Below are positions 1-9,448 of a stretch of DNA of 64,000 bases, piece by piece (position 1 is the stretch's first letter; the number at the start of each line of letters is the position of its first letter). The DNA comes from a bacterium (GTDB lineage: Bacteria; JAAXHH01): assembly GCA_965248395.1 (NCBI GenBank), contig OZ252103.1:2602882-2666881 (forward strand), written 5' to 3'. The notes beneath the pieces are model-generated. The model was not told the origin of the DNA and searched no databases. It worked only from the letters and a program-made list of their open reading frames with translations. A program made the translations under genes and the position numbers.

Positions 1-700
1 GCCAGCAGCATCTCCCACACCTTGTCCGGCTCGCCGTCCATGAAATGACCTTGCTCGCTCGTGAAATCGGGTCGAATCCATTTCATCACTCTATCTCCGA
101 ATTTACCGTCCGAGGACGGCGCATAGTGGTTCAAGTCATCAGAAAGGACGCGGAGCAGCGCAGGTTTCAACTTCCGTCGCGCTTCATACAGCCTCTTGCG
201 TACTGTGCCCGCGTTTAAATCCATAAAGCCTGCGATTTCAGATGGGGAATAGTCGCCAATATAACGCAGTAACGTAACTTCCCTCAACGAATCCGGCAGC
301 GCGTCAATCGCCGCACGGACCCTGGCGGCGATATCTACACGGGAAACCTGATCCAGGGGACTTTCGTCCGTTGAATGGATGTCATCCCTCAATGGCTCGA
401 AAACCTGGACTCGGCTTCGTTGGAACCGGTAACACTGCCATTGCACGATGCGACGCAGCCAGGCTGGAAACGAGTCGGGCTCACGCAGCGATTTTATGTT
501 CTGCCAGGCCGCTACAAAACCTTCCTGCGTTGCATCCTCCGCAATATGACGTTCGCCGAGGAGGCTCAGCGCGTAACCGAACGCCATGTCCTGGAAGTAC
601 ATTACCAGCTTGCCGAATGCAAGGCTACGATCCATATCCGGCACCGAAAGGTCTGATGATATCCGGATGCACTTCTTGAGTTCTTCAGTCATAAATTAAC
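1..700 (-). CDS. ECF-type RNA polymerase sigma-70 factor with a C-terminal extension; runs off the window edge, 3' end missing
   Basis: Minus-strand translation from ATG at 700 reads MTEELKKC...; region 2 (FVAAWQNIKSLREPDSFPAWLRRIV) and region 4 HTH (LREVTLLRYIGDYSPSEIAGFMDLNAGTVRKRLYEARRKL) are recognisable. The frame is open to position 1 beyond the usual ~190 aa, so there is an extra C-terminal domain, as in ECF41/56-like sigma factors. Confidence 0.75.
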
Positions 701-897
701 GTTTATATTAGTCTGCCAACATATTCGTTTGCAGTCGTTATACATTAGTACTGTTTTCAAGGTCTGCCGTTACAATTTAAATCAGATTCCAGTGCTGGAA
801 ACCGGCTCAGAGCGAAACCGGTCGACCTGCGGTTGAGTCGTGGAGAGTGATCTACCTCATGCCACACCAGGCGCTGGAGAAAAGGAAGCGTGCGATG

Positions 898-1287
898 AAT
901 GACTGCAAGGTAACCGAACTCAGGACCTTCGTCCCGTCCAGGGACTATGTTACTTCAACCAGTTTCTACGAGGATCTCGGATTCGAGGTGGTGTGGGCCG
1001 AGGACGAAGTCAAGGAATTGCGTATCGAAGGGTTCAGCTTCCTTCTGCAGAACTACAATCAGAAGGATTGGGCGGAGAACTTCATGATGCAGCTGAAAGT
1101 GACGGATCTGGACGCGTGGTGGCGTCACATCGTGGACGCCCGTCTCGTCGATCGGTATGCCGGTGTCCGGGCGAAAGAACCGCAGGAGTATCCATGGGGA
1201 TTACGTCAAATCCACCTGATCGACCCGGCTGGAGTGCTCTGGCACATCGTGCAGGACCGGGTCAGTTCTGAACATAAATTCGTCTGA
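898..1287 (+). CDS. VOC family protein (glyoxalase/bleomycin-resistance fold)
   Basis: ORF 847-1287; internal ATG at 898 is preceded by AAAGGAAG. Product of ~130 aa with a VOC-like betaalphabetabetabeta pattern (SFYEDLGFEVVW...IHLIDPAGVLWHIVQ). Confidence 0.6.
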   Translation, partial: NDCKVTELRTFVPSRDYVTSTSFYEDLGFEVVWAEDEVKELRIEGFSFLLQNYNQKDWAENFMMQLKVTDLDAWWRHIVDARLVDRYAGVRAKEPQEYPWGLRQIHLIDPAGVLWHIVQDRVSSEHKFV

Positions 1288-2202
1288 TCAAGTCCCACCG
1301 GAACCGTAATCTACCAGGAGGTACTGTACGGCCAGGTTCGTATAGTCTCCCCACCTGGCGGCGAAATCCCGAATGCGTTCCTCGGATACACGCTCACCAT
1401 CAAAGTAGTGCCGCTCAATGGAACGCTTTACCGCAAGGTCGCCCGCGGCGATGGCGTGGCCTCTTCCCAGGTAACGTGCAAGGAACCAGTCCGCCGTCCA
1501 TCGCCCTATTCCCACCAGGGCAGTCAGTTTCTCCTGAACCGAGGCGTCGTCCAGTTCGGCCAGACGATCCAGGTCTATTTCGCCGGACCGGATGGCTTGA
1601 GCCAGGTTCAGGATATATCGTTCCTTCTGCCTGGAGAACTGCAGGGGCAAAAGGTCTCCCGGCTGCAGATCCGCCAGGATCTCGGGGGTCGGGAAGGCAA
1701 AGTATTCTTCACCATCGACTTGCAGTTTCTCCCCGTACTCGGCCACTAATCGGCCGCGCACCGTGTAAGCGAATCCGAGGTTGATCTGCTGGGCCGTGAT
1801 GGATGCGACAAGCATCTCGAAGGGGTCGACCTGCAGATTTGGCCTGAGACCCTGGTGAGCCCGGATCGACGCGGATAGCACCGGGTCACCCGATGCGAAT
1901 GCGTAGAATTCCTTCAGCGGAAAGGACAGGCCCAGGATCTTCTTCGCTGCCATGAGTGCAGCGTCGATAACCGATCGGGCCGACTCACTCGCCGTATCAT
2001 TCGATTTCAAAGCCAGTTCGATCTTCTTTCCGGATCGATACAACTCAAACAGGCAGGGTGACTTCGGCATTCGAACGACTTTGCGGAACACGCCGTCCTG
2101 AAAGCTGTTGGCGAGGTCGCTGCCATACCGCTGGTAACGATCCAGGGTAGCCTCGAAGTCGATGATCGTACCTTCATCCGCAACTGTGAAAACCGCGGTC
2201 AT
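1288..2202 (-). CDS. alkA: DNA-3-methyladenine glycosylase II (AlkA-like, HhH-GPD superfamily)
   Basis: 304 aa; the HhH-GPD segment LTALVGIGRWTADWFLARYLGRGHAIAAGDLAVKR is typical of AlkA. Confidence 0.75.
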   Translation of the reverse strand: MTAVFTVADEGTIIDFEATLDRYQRYGSDLANSFQDGVFRKVVRMPKSPCLFELYRSGKKIELALKSNDTASESARSVIDAALMAAKKILGLSFPLKEFYAFASGDPVLSASIRAHQGLRPNLQVDPFEMLVASITAQQINLGFAYTVRGRLVAEYGEKLQVDGEEYFAFPTPEILADLQPGDLLPLQFSRQKERYILNLAQAIRSGEIDLDRLAELDDASVQEKLTALVGIGRWTADWFLARYLGRGHAIAAGDLAVKRSIERHYFDGERVSEERIRDFAARWGDYTNLAVQYLLVDYGSGGT

Positions 2203-2280
2203 GTAGTCTGACTATCCTTTGTCCAGCGGGTCGGCGCGCTGATAAACCAGGTGTCCGGATCCGGCGTTAAAGCTACCCTA

Positions 2281-2634
2281 TCAGGATTCCAGGGACTTCC
2301 AGAGTCCGACGCAGGTTCCCTCGTTGTCCGATATCCAGGCGAAATGTCCCATGCCCGGCACCTCGGTGGGAGGTACCACTGAAGATCCGCCCAGTTCTTC
2401 GGCCTTCGCAACGTATGCTTCGAGGTCGTCGACCAGCACATAGATCAGCGTGTAGTTGTGCGGCTCATGCCCAAGCGCTGAAATATGCCCCCCGATACCC
2501 GTTTCATCCTCTGGAATAACCATGGATGCATGCTCATGGGACTCCATTTTCCAGTCGAAAAGGCTGCTGTAGAAGTTCTGGGTTTCTGCACGATTCCTGC
2601 AGCCGATCTCGAAATGTACGACGGGATTAGCCAT
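2281..2634 (-). CDS. VOC family protein (PhnB/glyoxalase-like)
   Basis: 117 aa; VVHFEI...FYSSLFDWKM...GHFAWISDNEGTCVGLW is typical of the small VOC/PhnB family. Confidence 0.65.
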   Translation of the reverse strand: MANPVVHFEIGCRNRAETQNFYSSLFDWKMESHEHASMVIPEDETGIGGHISALGHEPHNYTLIYVLVDDLEAYVAKAEELGGSSVVPPTEVPGMGHFAWISDNEGTCVGLWKSLES

Positions 2635-2709
2635 GGTTATTCTCCCTTGTGCTGGTGCAATGGTTAAAGACTGCGATCCACTTGTGGTGCGTAGTTCAAC
2701 TGTTGCGGG

Positions 2710-3303
2710 TTATCTTCTGTACCTGTCGTTAAGCCCCTGCCCGGCGAGGATCATGGGCATGATCTTCTCCAGGCGCTTGTTTCTGGTGTCTTCTCGCCTG
2801 GCTTCGGCGATGTATTCCGCGTACTCCCTCCTTTTCCCCGGGGAGAGCGCGTCGAACTGTTCACCGGCCTTTTTGTTTGCGGCCAGCGCAGCGGCCAGTG
2901 ACTCGTGAATCTCAAGAGGCTTTTTCCGGTCGGCCTTGATCTCCCTTCCCTGTCTCTGGTTTTCGATGGCTTCTTCTACGTAGGCCCGCAACAGGTCTTT
3001 ATTGATTTCACCCTCGTTTTTAAACCGCCACTGCCGCATGGCCTTTGTCCTACCCTCCTGCGCGTTGACCAGCACGCCGTGTTCGTCGCGCAGCAGCGCA
3101 CCCTGAAAGAACCACACGCTGACAAATTCCTTGAATGCACCGAGACCCGCCACGTTCTTGCCCCCTGTTGTATAGCAAGGCTGCCCCCACTTGACCGTCT
3201 CTTCCAGATCGGTCTTATTCAGCACGGTCCGTAACCGCTCCAGCAGTGGTTTCCATTCGTCGTGGCCCGCCAGGTATTCCTGCACCGTCTCGAATCTTTG
3301 CAA
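2710..3303 (-). CDS. YdeI/OmpD-associated (DUF1801-like) family protein
   Basis: 197 aa; an N-terminal DUF1801-like segment (VQEYLAGHDEWKPLLERLRTVL...VKWGQPCY) followed by a YdeI-like basic helical tail. Confidence 0.5.
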   Translation of the reverse strand: MQRFETVQEYLAGHDEWKPLLERLRTVLNKTDLEETVKWGQPCYTTGGKNVAGLGAFKEFVSVWFFQGALLRDEHGVLVNAQEGRTKAMRQWRFKNEGEINKDLLRAYVEEAIENQRQGREIKADRKKPLEIHESLAAALAANKKAGEQFDALSPGKRREYAEYIAEARREDTRNKRLEKIMPMILAGQGLNDRYRR

Positions 3304-3325
3304 GAGTCTTCCATTCTCGAGTGAA

Positions 3326-5869
3326 CTACGTACGCGTAACTTCGGTTGAATCTACCTCTAACCGACCGGTTTTCAAGGTATTTCCGAACAGGTTGAGACG
3401 GCCCGATATGGCGGTTTCGACGTCCAGGTCGTACGCCTGGGAAACGGTCGTGACGATGGGCCGGATCTGTTTCTCAATGTAATGGGTGTAGTCGATCGGA
3501 GCTGTAAGCTGTCCTTCCGGCTGCGGTCCGTCCCGCGTGATCACGTACCGAATGACACCGGTAGGGTTTTCCATGAGGCGGGCTGCTTTCACGTGGGGCG
3601 GAACCGATCGGGTGTAGGATTCCACCGGCTTCCGGAGGTTCTTACGGTATACGAGCAGTTCGTCCTTTTGACCGGTCTGCACCTCCTGGACCCAGTTGAA
3701 GATCTCTTCTTCGATCTCCGCGCCTGACACCTCGTGAAATACCCGGTCGAGCAGTACGGCCTGCAACTGGTGGGCCAGGTCGGTCCAGTCCCGCCGGACG
3801 GCCTCCATGCCCACGATTTCAATCAGGTCGCCCTCCTCCCCTCGACGCAGCCCCGCATATCCCTTGGCCCGGCCCCGTTCGCTGTCGCCCCGCATGGATG
3901 GAAGCAGAAACCGGTGGTAGAGTTTTTCAAGTTCGAGTTCGAGGAAAGAGGACACGCCGTATCGTTCCATGACGTGATCGGCCAACCTTGCATTGATCCG
4001 ATCGCATACTTGCCGCCCGAGTTCCATGGCCCCGGTCGAGTCCGCGGGATACGCCGAATTAAGATCAACGAACAGTGAGTCGGTATCTCCATACAGAACC
4101 CTGCATCCGTCCTTTTCCAGCTCATCACGGCACCATTTCAATATGTAGTGCCCGAACTCCGTGATCGCTCCGGCCAGTTGGGGCGCGGCGAACCTGCAGG
4201 ACGCCGAGGCCAGCACGCCGTAGAAGGAATTCATGACGATCTTGTAGGTGAACGAGGCAAGGTCGTCCCCGCTTGCCTTGGCTTCCTCGCGACTTTTGAA
4301 GAACTGTTCCAGCATGGAAGGCAGTATGCCCGGCTTGCGGGAGAACCGTGCGCCGTTGGGGGCTTCGAGGGATTCTTGCGGATGCTCGCCCACTGACTCG
4401 AGACCCGGCGCACCGGGATCCCCATACGTATGTTCTTCCCGCGCCTCGATATGCGCCAGGGGATCGATGTTGAAAGTCCGGATGATGGACGGATAGAGAC
4501 TCTTGAAGTCGAATACGAATACGTTGCGGTAAAGACCCGCTTTGGAGGGAATGATCAGGCCGCCGGGCGCGCCCGCTCCGGGCGTGCGGTCGACGCCGGT
4601 CGTCGGCGCCACCATATTCCGGCGATGGAGCGCGTTGATGTAGATATTGTCGAAGGCGGCCACGCTCACCCAGGCTCTTTCAAGGGGCAAGCCCGTGAGC
4701 AGTCCCCTGCGCAGGGTCAGGTTGATTAAGCCCTCCGCCTCGAGGATATCCAGTACCAGCCGGGCATCCTCCAGGCAGTAGGCGCAGAATGTCGCTCTAT
4801 CCTCCCGATAGACTTCTGTGATCTTATCCGCCCGCGAAGTCCCGGCGTCTTCTTCAAGGAGCTTGCCCCGGCCCAGGATGGCGTTGGCTACCGTGTCCAG
4901 TCTGTAGTCGTCGAACCTCTGCAGCGTTCCGCGGAGGAGATGGAGGGCGTCCAGGATCTGGCGGCCGTGAATGACCATGGTGCTGCCGCCCCATACTTCA
5001 CCGGAACGATACCAGGATCGATCATCCGTCCGTCCGAGCTGGAACGTTACGTTCAAGTCTTTGCATCGTTTCTGCAGGACCTTGAAATCGAAGTCGACCA
5101 GGTTCCATCCCGTGAGCAGGTCGGGATCCATTTCCAGTATCCGGGCCGACACCCCGCGCAGCATCGAAGCCTCGTCGGACCAGCAGACCAGCTCCGGAGG
5201 ATCTTCGGAGGCGGGTTCGCCGACCATGTGGATCTCTTCTGCGTCGCTGGTCTCCGTGGGATCCGACAGGACCAGGCCCACGGCGTAAATCGTGGACGCA
5301 TCGGGATCCGTTTCGATATCCAGGGCTAGCACACGGAAAGCGGGTTCCCAGTACGCGGGTTCAAGGGACGGGTTGTTGTAAACACGGTCCACCCGGTCGC
5401 CGGGTGCCCAGGAACCGTTTATCCTGACACCGCCTCGAAGGCCATGACCGATGAGATATTGCCTGCCGAAGGGTATGTCACCTTCGTAAGTCCGGGTACC
5501 CTGTGAATCCAGCGCCTTCACCAGGCTGCGCTGATCGCGTACGCGATCGCACTGCACGCCGACCACCGGTTCGCCGTCCATGGTGGTATATTCCGAGGGG
5601 ATCACCCTGGCTGAAATCTCTTCTGAGCGGATTCGGCCGATGGTCGCCGCTTCTTCGGAGACCCGCACGTAGAACGTTGGCGGGACCCGGTCATCCCTGA
5701 ACTGGAATGACTGGCCACACTGAAGTTTACCGACACCGCAAATGACGTCGCGGCCGTTCACGGTACGATGAAAGACATGGAGCAGGTATCCCACGTCTGC
5801 GCCCGTGGTTTCGATCCCAGGGTCTGAGGCGGTACCGCTTGTCTTGCTATGATGCGGCGAAATGTTCAT
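3326..5869 (-). CDS. polB: DNA polymerase II (family B DNA polymerase, PolB)
   Basis: 847 aa; exonuclease motif ALDIETD, motif B KIVMNSFYGVLAS, motif C YGDTDSLFV. Architecture matches bacterial Pol II. Confidence 0.85.
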   Translation of the reverse strand: MNISPHHSKTSGTASDPGIETTGADVGYLLHVFHRTVNGRDVICGVGKLQCGQSFQFRDDRVPPTFYVRVSEEAATIGRIRSEEISARVIPSEYTTMDGEPVVGVQCDRVRDQRSLVKALDSQGTRTYEGDIPFGRQYLIGHGLRGGVRINGSWAPGDRVDRVYNNPSLEPAYWEPAFRVLALDIETDPDASTIYAVGLVLSDPTETSDAEEIHMVGEPASEDPPELVCWSDEASMLRGVSARILEMDPDLLTGWNLVDFDFKVLQKRCKDLNVTFQLGRTDDRSWYRSGEVWGGSTMVIHGRQILDALHLLRGTLQRFDDYRLDTVANAILGRGKLLEEDAGTSRADKITEVYREDRATFCAYCLEDARLVLDILEAEGLINLTLRRGLLTGLPLERAWVSVAAFDNIYINALHRRNMVAPTTGVDRTPGAGAPGGLIIPSKAGLYRNVFVFDFKSLYPSIIRTFNIDPLAHIEAREEHTYGDPGAPGLESVGEHPQESLEAPNGARFSRKPGILPSMLEQFFKSREEAKASGDDLASFTYKIVMNSFYGVLASASCRFAAPQLAGAITEFGHYILKWCRDELEKDGCRVLYGDTDSLFVDLNSAYPADSTGAMELGRQVCDRINARLADHVMERYGVSSFLELELEKLYHRFLLPSMRGDSERGRAKGYAGLRRGEEGDLIEIVGMEAVRRDWTDLAHQLQAVLLDRVFHEVSGAEIEEEIFNWVQEVQTGQKDELLVYRKNLRKPVESYTRSVPPHVKAARLMENPTGVIRYVITRDGPQPEGQLTAPIDYTHYIEKQIRPIVTTVSQAYDLDVETAISGRLNLFGNTLKTGRLEVDSTEVTRT

Positions 5870-6096
5870 GGCTCAAGTGACTTCGCAGATAGTGACCGGT
5901 GTGATTCATCGAGGTTTTTCTTGTTAGGCGTTCCTTAAACCCGCAGAAGGCTATGGGGACATCCGCGTTTATATAACGAACTACGGAGCCCGCGTCAACG
6001 CACAAAGCCCCCGGTTGTATGCATGGAAAACCCTTGATACCCGGCCGCGACAGCATTTACATGACAACTGGCTTCCTGGCCCTTCTTACGGTTTGA

Positions 6097-7713
6097 ATGA
6101 CCAGCTTCAGCGGAACACTCGGTGCGTTTCTGAAGGAAAACCTCGTGTCCTTCACCTCAATTGATCGGGACCATGCCGCAGTTCGAGCCGCCCTGGCCCA
6201 CCGGGGCCATCTCGCGACCGTCCTGAGGCCCGATCCGACCCTGATAGAACGGATCGGCGGACGATCGGTGATTGCATGCGTGATCGACGGCCTGTATGAC
6301 CGCATCGAAAACGCCCCCGATCTGCGTCCTATGTTTACCCGCACGCTGACTTCCGAACGCATGAAACAGAAGGCCTTTTCGGAAGAATGGATGGGCGGAG
6401 AGCCGGGATATACCCATCACCACGCCTGCGGCGGGATGCGAAACCGGCACGGCCATATCCACATCACCAGCGAGTCCGCGGAGCGCTGGCTGGCGCACAT
6501 GACCGCTTCTCTGCGTGAGCACGTAGGGGACGAGCACCTCGTAAACGAAGTGCTGAGCACGCTGGGTCCTCTCGCCCGCGGTCTCGTCAACGAGGAAACG
6601 CCTGTCCAGAGTCCGCGGCAATTGAGATGCCACAGGGAGAAGAGACTGAGACAACCGGCGAAAATGGCGGCCAGGGGGCAGGTGGAAGCCCTGGAACGAT
6701 CCCTGGACGAGGATCCCGCGGTACTCAATGATCCACGTCACGCAGCGACCATACTCGTTGAAGCGGCGTTACGGGGCCATACCAGGATAGCAGCCTTGCT
6801 ACTGGACAGGGGGGTGGATGTAAATCTTCCGGCGGCTCACTCGAGTGACATCATGATGACCGCCCACTGTGCCGCGCTAAGCAAGAAGAAGGACGGAACG
6901 GCCGGTTTCCTGTTGGACCGGGGGGCTGTCTACGATGTATTCAGCGCCTGTTTCCTCGGTGACATGGAAAGGGTTTCCACTTTGCTCGAGGAATTACCCG
7001 GCCTGGTCAACGCGCATGACCCCGCCTGCGATTTTCTGCCCGTGACTCCGTTGCACCACGCCGTGTACGGTGGCCATGAACACGTCGCCAGGTTCCTGTT
7101 TGAAAAGGGAGCTGAAACCGGCGTAAACAGCACGACCCTGGTCAGTTACGCCGCTGGAATTGGTATGACGAACCTGCTCCGTATGTTGCTTCGACGCGGC
7201 GCCGACGCCTCGCGAATAGGCTGCGGCCGCTGGGTCCTGCATTCGGTAATATCGGCGCTCCTGTTGGACCACGGCGCCGACGTGAACTATCCCGATGGGA
7301 ACTGGATCCGGACGGCCTGTACGGGAAACAACAGCCAGCGGGACGATCCCGGCTACGTGCAGGCTCTGTTGGACAAGGGGGCCCGGATCGATACGCAACT
7401 GCGGGGCGCCCAGGCGCTGCATTTTGCCGCCAAGGCGGGATTCACGGGGGTCATGGAGGTGTTATTGGACAACGGCGCCCCGGTGGACGGGCGAAGCGAC
7501 CAAGGCGAAACACCCCTGTTTTACGCATTGAAAGCCGGTCCCAGGGCGGACATGGTAAAGTCCGTGGAATTGCTGCTTTCCCATGGGGCAAACCCTTACT
7601 GCGAAGACCGGCTGGGTAAAACCCCGCTGGGTATCGCCCGCCGAATGAAGCGTCCCGACAAGGCATGCATCGTCTCGGTGCTGGAAACCGCTAGTCCTTC
7701 CGTACCGGCGTAA
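6097..7713 (+). CDS. Truncated hemoglobin (2/2 Hb, trHbO-like) domain fused to ankyrin repeats
   Basis: 538 aa. The N-terminal ~150 aa follow the trHb pattern (VIDGLYDRIENAPDLRPMF...KQKAFSEEWMGGEPGYT...HITSESAERWLAHM). The remaining ~350 aa are ANK repeats (LLDRGVDVN, TPLHHAVYGGHEHVARFLFEKGA, ALHFAAKAGFTGVMEVLLDNGAPVD). Confidence 0.7.
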   Translation: MTSFSGTLGAFLKENLVSFTSIDRDHAAVRAALAHRGHLATVLRPDPTLIERIGGRSVIACVIDGLYDRIENAPDLRPMFTRTLTSERMKQKAFSEEWMGGEPGYTHHHACGGMRNRHGHIHITSESAERWLAHMTASLREHVGDEHLVNEVLSTLGPLARGLVNEETPVQSPRQLRCHREKRLRQPAKMAARGQVEALERSLDEDPAVLNDPRHAATILVEAALRGHTRIAALLLDRGVDVNLPAAHSSDIMMTAHCAALSKKKDGTAGFLLDRGAVYDVFSACFLGDMERVSTLLEELPGLVNAHDPACDFLPVTPLHHAVYGGHEHVARFLFEKGAETGVNSTTLVSYAAGIGMTNLLRMLLRRGADASRIGCGRWVLHSVISALLLDHGADVNYPDGNWIRTACTGNNSQRDDPGYVQALLDKGARIDTQLRGAQALHFAAKAGFTGVMEVLLDNGAPVDGRSDQGETPLFYALKAGPRADMVKSVELLLSHGANPYCEDRLGKTPLGIARRMKRPDKACIVSVLETASPSVPA

Positions 7714-8728
7714 CACCTTTCAAGAAAGATACAAGGGCCTTTCTCGCAGGTGTCGGACCGTGAATTTCAATCCCCACTTCCGCCCATACCAGCGGCGTCG
7801 TGCCGTGTTCATAATCTGTCGCGGCCGGATCGGCGCCGGCTTCGACGAGCAACTCCGCGATCTCCCGGTTCCCGCATAGATGCAGGGGCGTCTGCCCGGA
7901 ATCCGCCCGGGCGTTCACATCCGCTCCCCAGCCCAGCAGCGCCCGGACCGTAACCTCCCGTCCATGCTGCACCGCGGCGTGCAGTGGCGTGCCCACCACG
8001 GTGTGGACGCCGATCTTCCCCGAATATCCTGTGACGCCCCCATCTCTTTTATGTACATGGTGGAGATCGTCTGTTCGCCCCAGCGCCGCAAGCTGGCACG
8101 GGTCGGCCGGCACGCCGCGAGCTATCAGGAACTCAGCGACCGCGCGGCATCGTTCCCCGCGACTGAGCGCCGCGCCCAACGGCGTGTTGCCCTCGCTGTC
8201 GAGTGTATTCAGTTGCGCTTTGTGATCGAGAAGCAACCTGGCCGTTCCGACTGACATGGCCACGTGGAGGGGTGGTACTCCGCCGAGGTCCGGCCGGACG
8301 GCCGCTTCTGGATCATCTGCAAGAATCGCACGAACGGCGGAGTCGTCATCCAGCAGACAGGCGGCGTGAATGTCGACCCTGGCGCCGCGGTCCCGCAGAA
8401 GAGCGGCGGCCTCCAGATGTCCCCAGTACGCGGCGAGGTGCAGGGCGCTCCAACCCCCGTAGGTATCGGCGCCGTGGTTCGGGTCTACTCCATTCCGCAA
8501 TAGTACTTCGATGACCTTCGTATTCCCGCGTTCGGCCGCCAATTGAATCGGCACGGGATGGCCTCCCCAGCGCGGATGGGCCACCGCCTTGTTGATGATT
8601 CCGGGCTCCCGGGACAGGACTTCTTCGACCTGCTCCGGGTCAACCTGCCATATGGCGGTTCGCAGTCGTTCCTCCGCCGTCTCGCCGTTCCGGGCCGTCT
8701 GACCGCCGGGTTCACGGGGAGTGGACAT
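7691..8728 (-). CDS. Ankyrin-repeat protein
   Basis: 345 aa; multiple ANK units (GWSALHLAAYWGHLEAAALLRDRGARVD; TPLHAAVQHGREVTVRALLGWGADVNARADSGQTPLHL). Its 3' end overlaps the upstream gene by 23 bp, convergently. Confidence 0.8.
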   Translation of the reverse strand: MSTPREPGGQTARNGETAEERLRTAIWQVDPEQVEEVLSREPGIINKAVAHPRWGGHPVPIQLAAERGNTKVIEVLLRNGVDPNHGADTYGGWSALHLAAYWGHLEAAALLRDRGARVDIHAACLLDDDSAVRAILADDPEAAVRPDLGGVPPLHVAMSVGTARLLLDHKAQLNTLDSEGNTPLGAALSRGERCRAVAEFLIARGVPADPCQLAALGRTDDLHHVHKRDGGVTGYSGKIGVHTVVGTPLHAAVQHGREVTVRALLGWGADVNARADSGQTPLHLCGNREIAELLVEAGADPAATDYEHGTTPLVWAEVGIEIHGPTPARKALVSFLKGVTPVRKD

Positions 8729-8879
8729 CGGTCTATCCCCCCTTCTCCAGGTTCTGTCATCGAACGGTAGTCTTAATTTAACCGTTTCTCAACGTGCATT
8801 TCACTCAATGGTAACAATAAAAGCCTATCTTGCCGGCATATGAGCGCAGAAGACCAGAGACAAGATAAGGAAAAGTGAA

Positions 8880-9215
8880 TCAAATGTCGATAACCACGGT
8901 TACGCCTCGAAGTGGAAAACCCGTGTCCAGAATGTGCTCCGCCTCGGGGCCTGAACCCGCGAGACAATAGTGTACTTTCTCAGGCAGCACCGGCATCACG
9001 TGCTCGACGAACCAGGCGAATCCCTTGCGCGGCACCTGTCGGCCTACGCTACAGATAAGAAAAGCGTCATCCGTCACGTGGGCGGCCCCGCAGTACTCCA
9101 CCAGGAACTCTCGCGCCGAGTACCTTAAACCCGGCTCTTCCTGGGCGGAAAACCGGTCGAGATCGATACCATTGGGAATTACCCACAGCCGGTCCCTGGA
9201 CAGGCCCCGGTTCAC
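8880..9215 (-). pseudogene. Glycosyltransferase family 4 (GT1-fold) remnant
   Basis: 111 aa covering only the middle of a GT4 C-terminal domain (VIPNGIDLDRF...LICSVGRQVPRKGF...LAGSGPE). Flanking frames carry no GT-like sequence and the local GC is lower than elsewhere. Confidence 0.5.
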
Positions 9216-9448
9216 CGTAGGAAGTCAGGCTTTCGGGGGCGAAATCGATCTCCAGATTGCCGTTGACGCGCGCGTGCAAATCCTTTTCTTTCGTCTTACT
9301 GGCAGGGGCCTTTCTTTTTCTGTCGAAAGGGGTAGCAGTTATCTGCTTGGATACCCCCTTAATACATTGATAAAAAGGTCTTACGCCAGTAAATCATCCT
9401 CGCTTCATGCGCTTTTCCCGCAGGATTTATGCACAATCAAGGTTAACC

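Noticed and set aside
60-80. GGGTCGAATCC, resembling a tRNA T-loop
   Set aside because: No acceptor stem or anticodon arm around it, and it lies inside the sigma factor coding frame.
371-679. Two overlapping + strand ORFs (93-102 aa)
   Set aside because: They lie antisense within the well-supported ECF sigma factor gene; no family resemblance.
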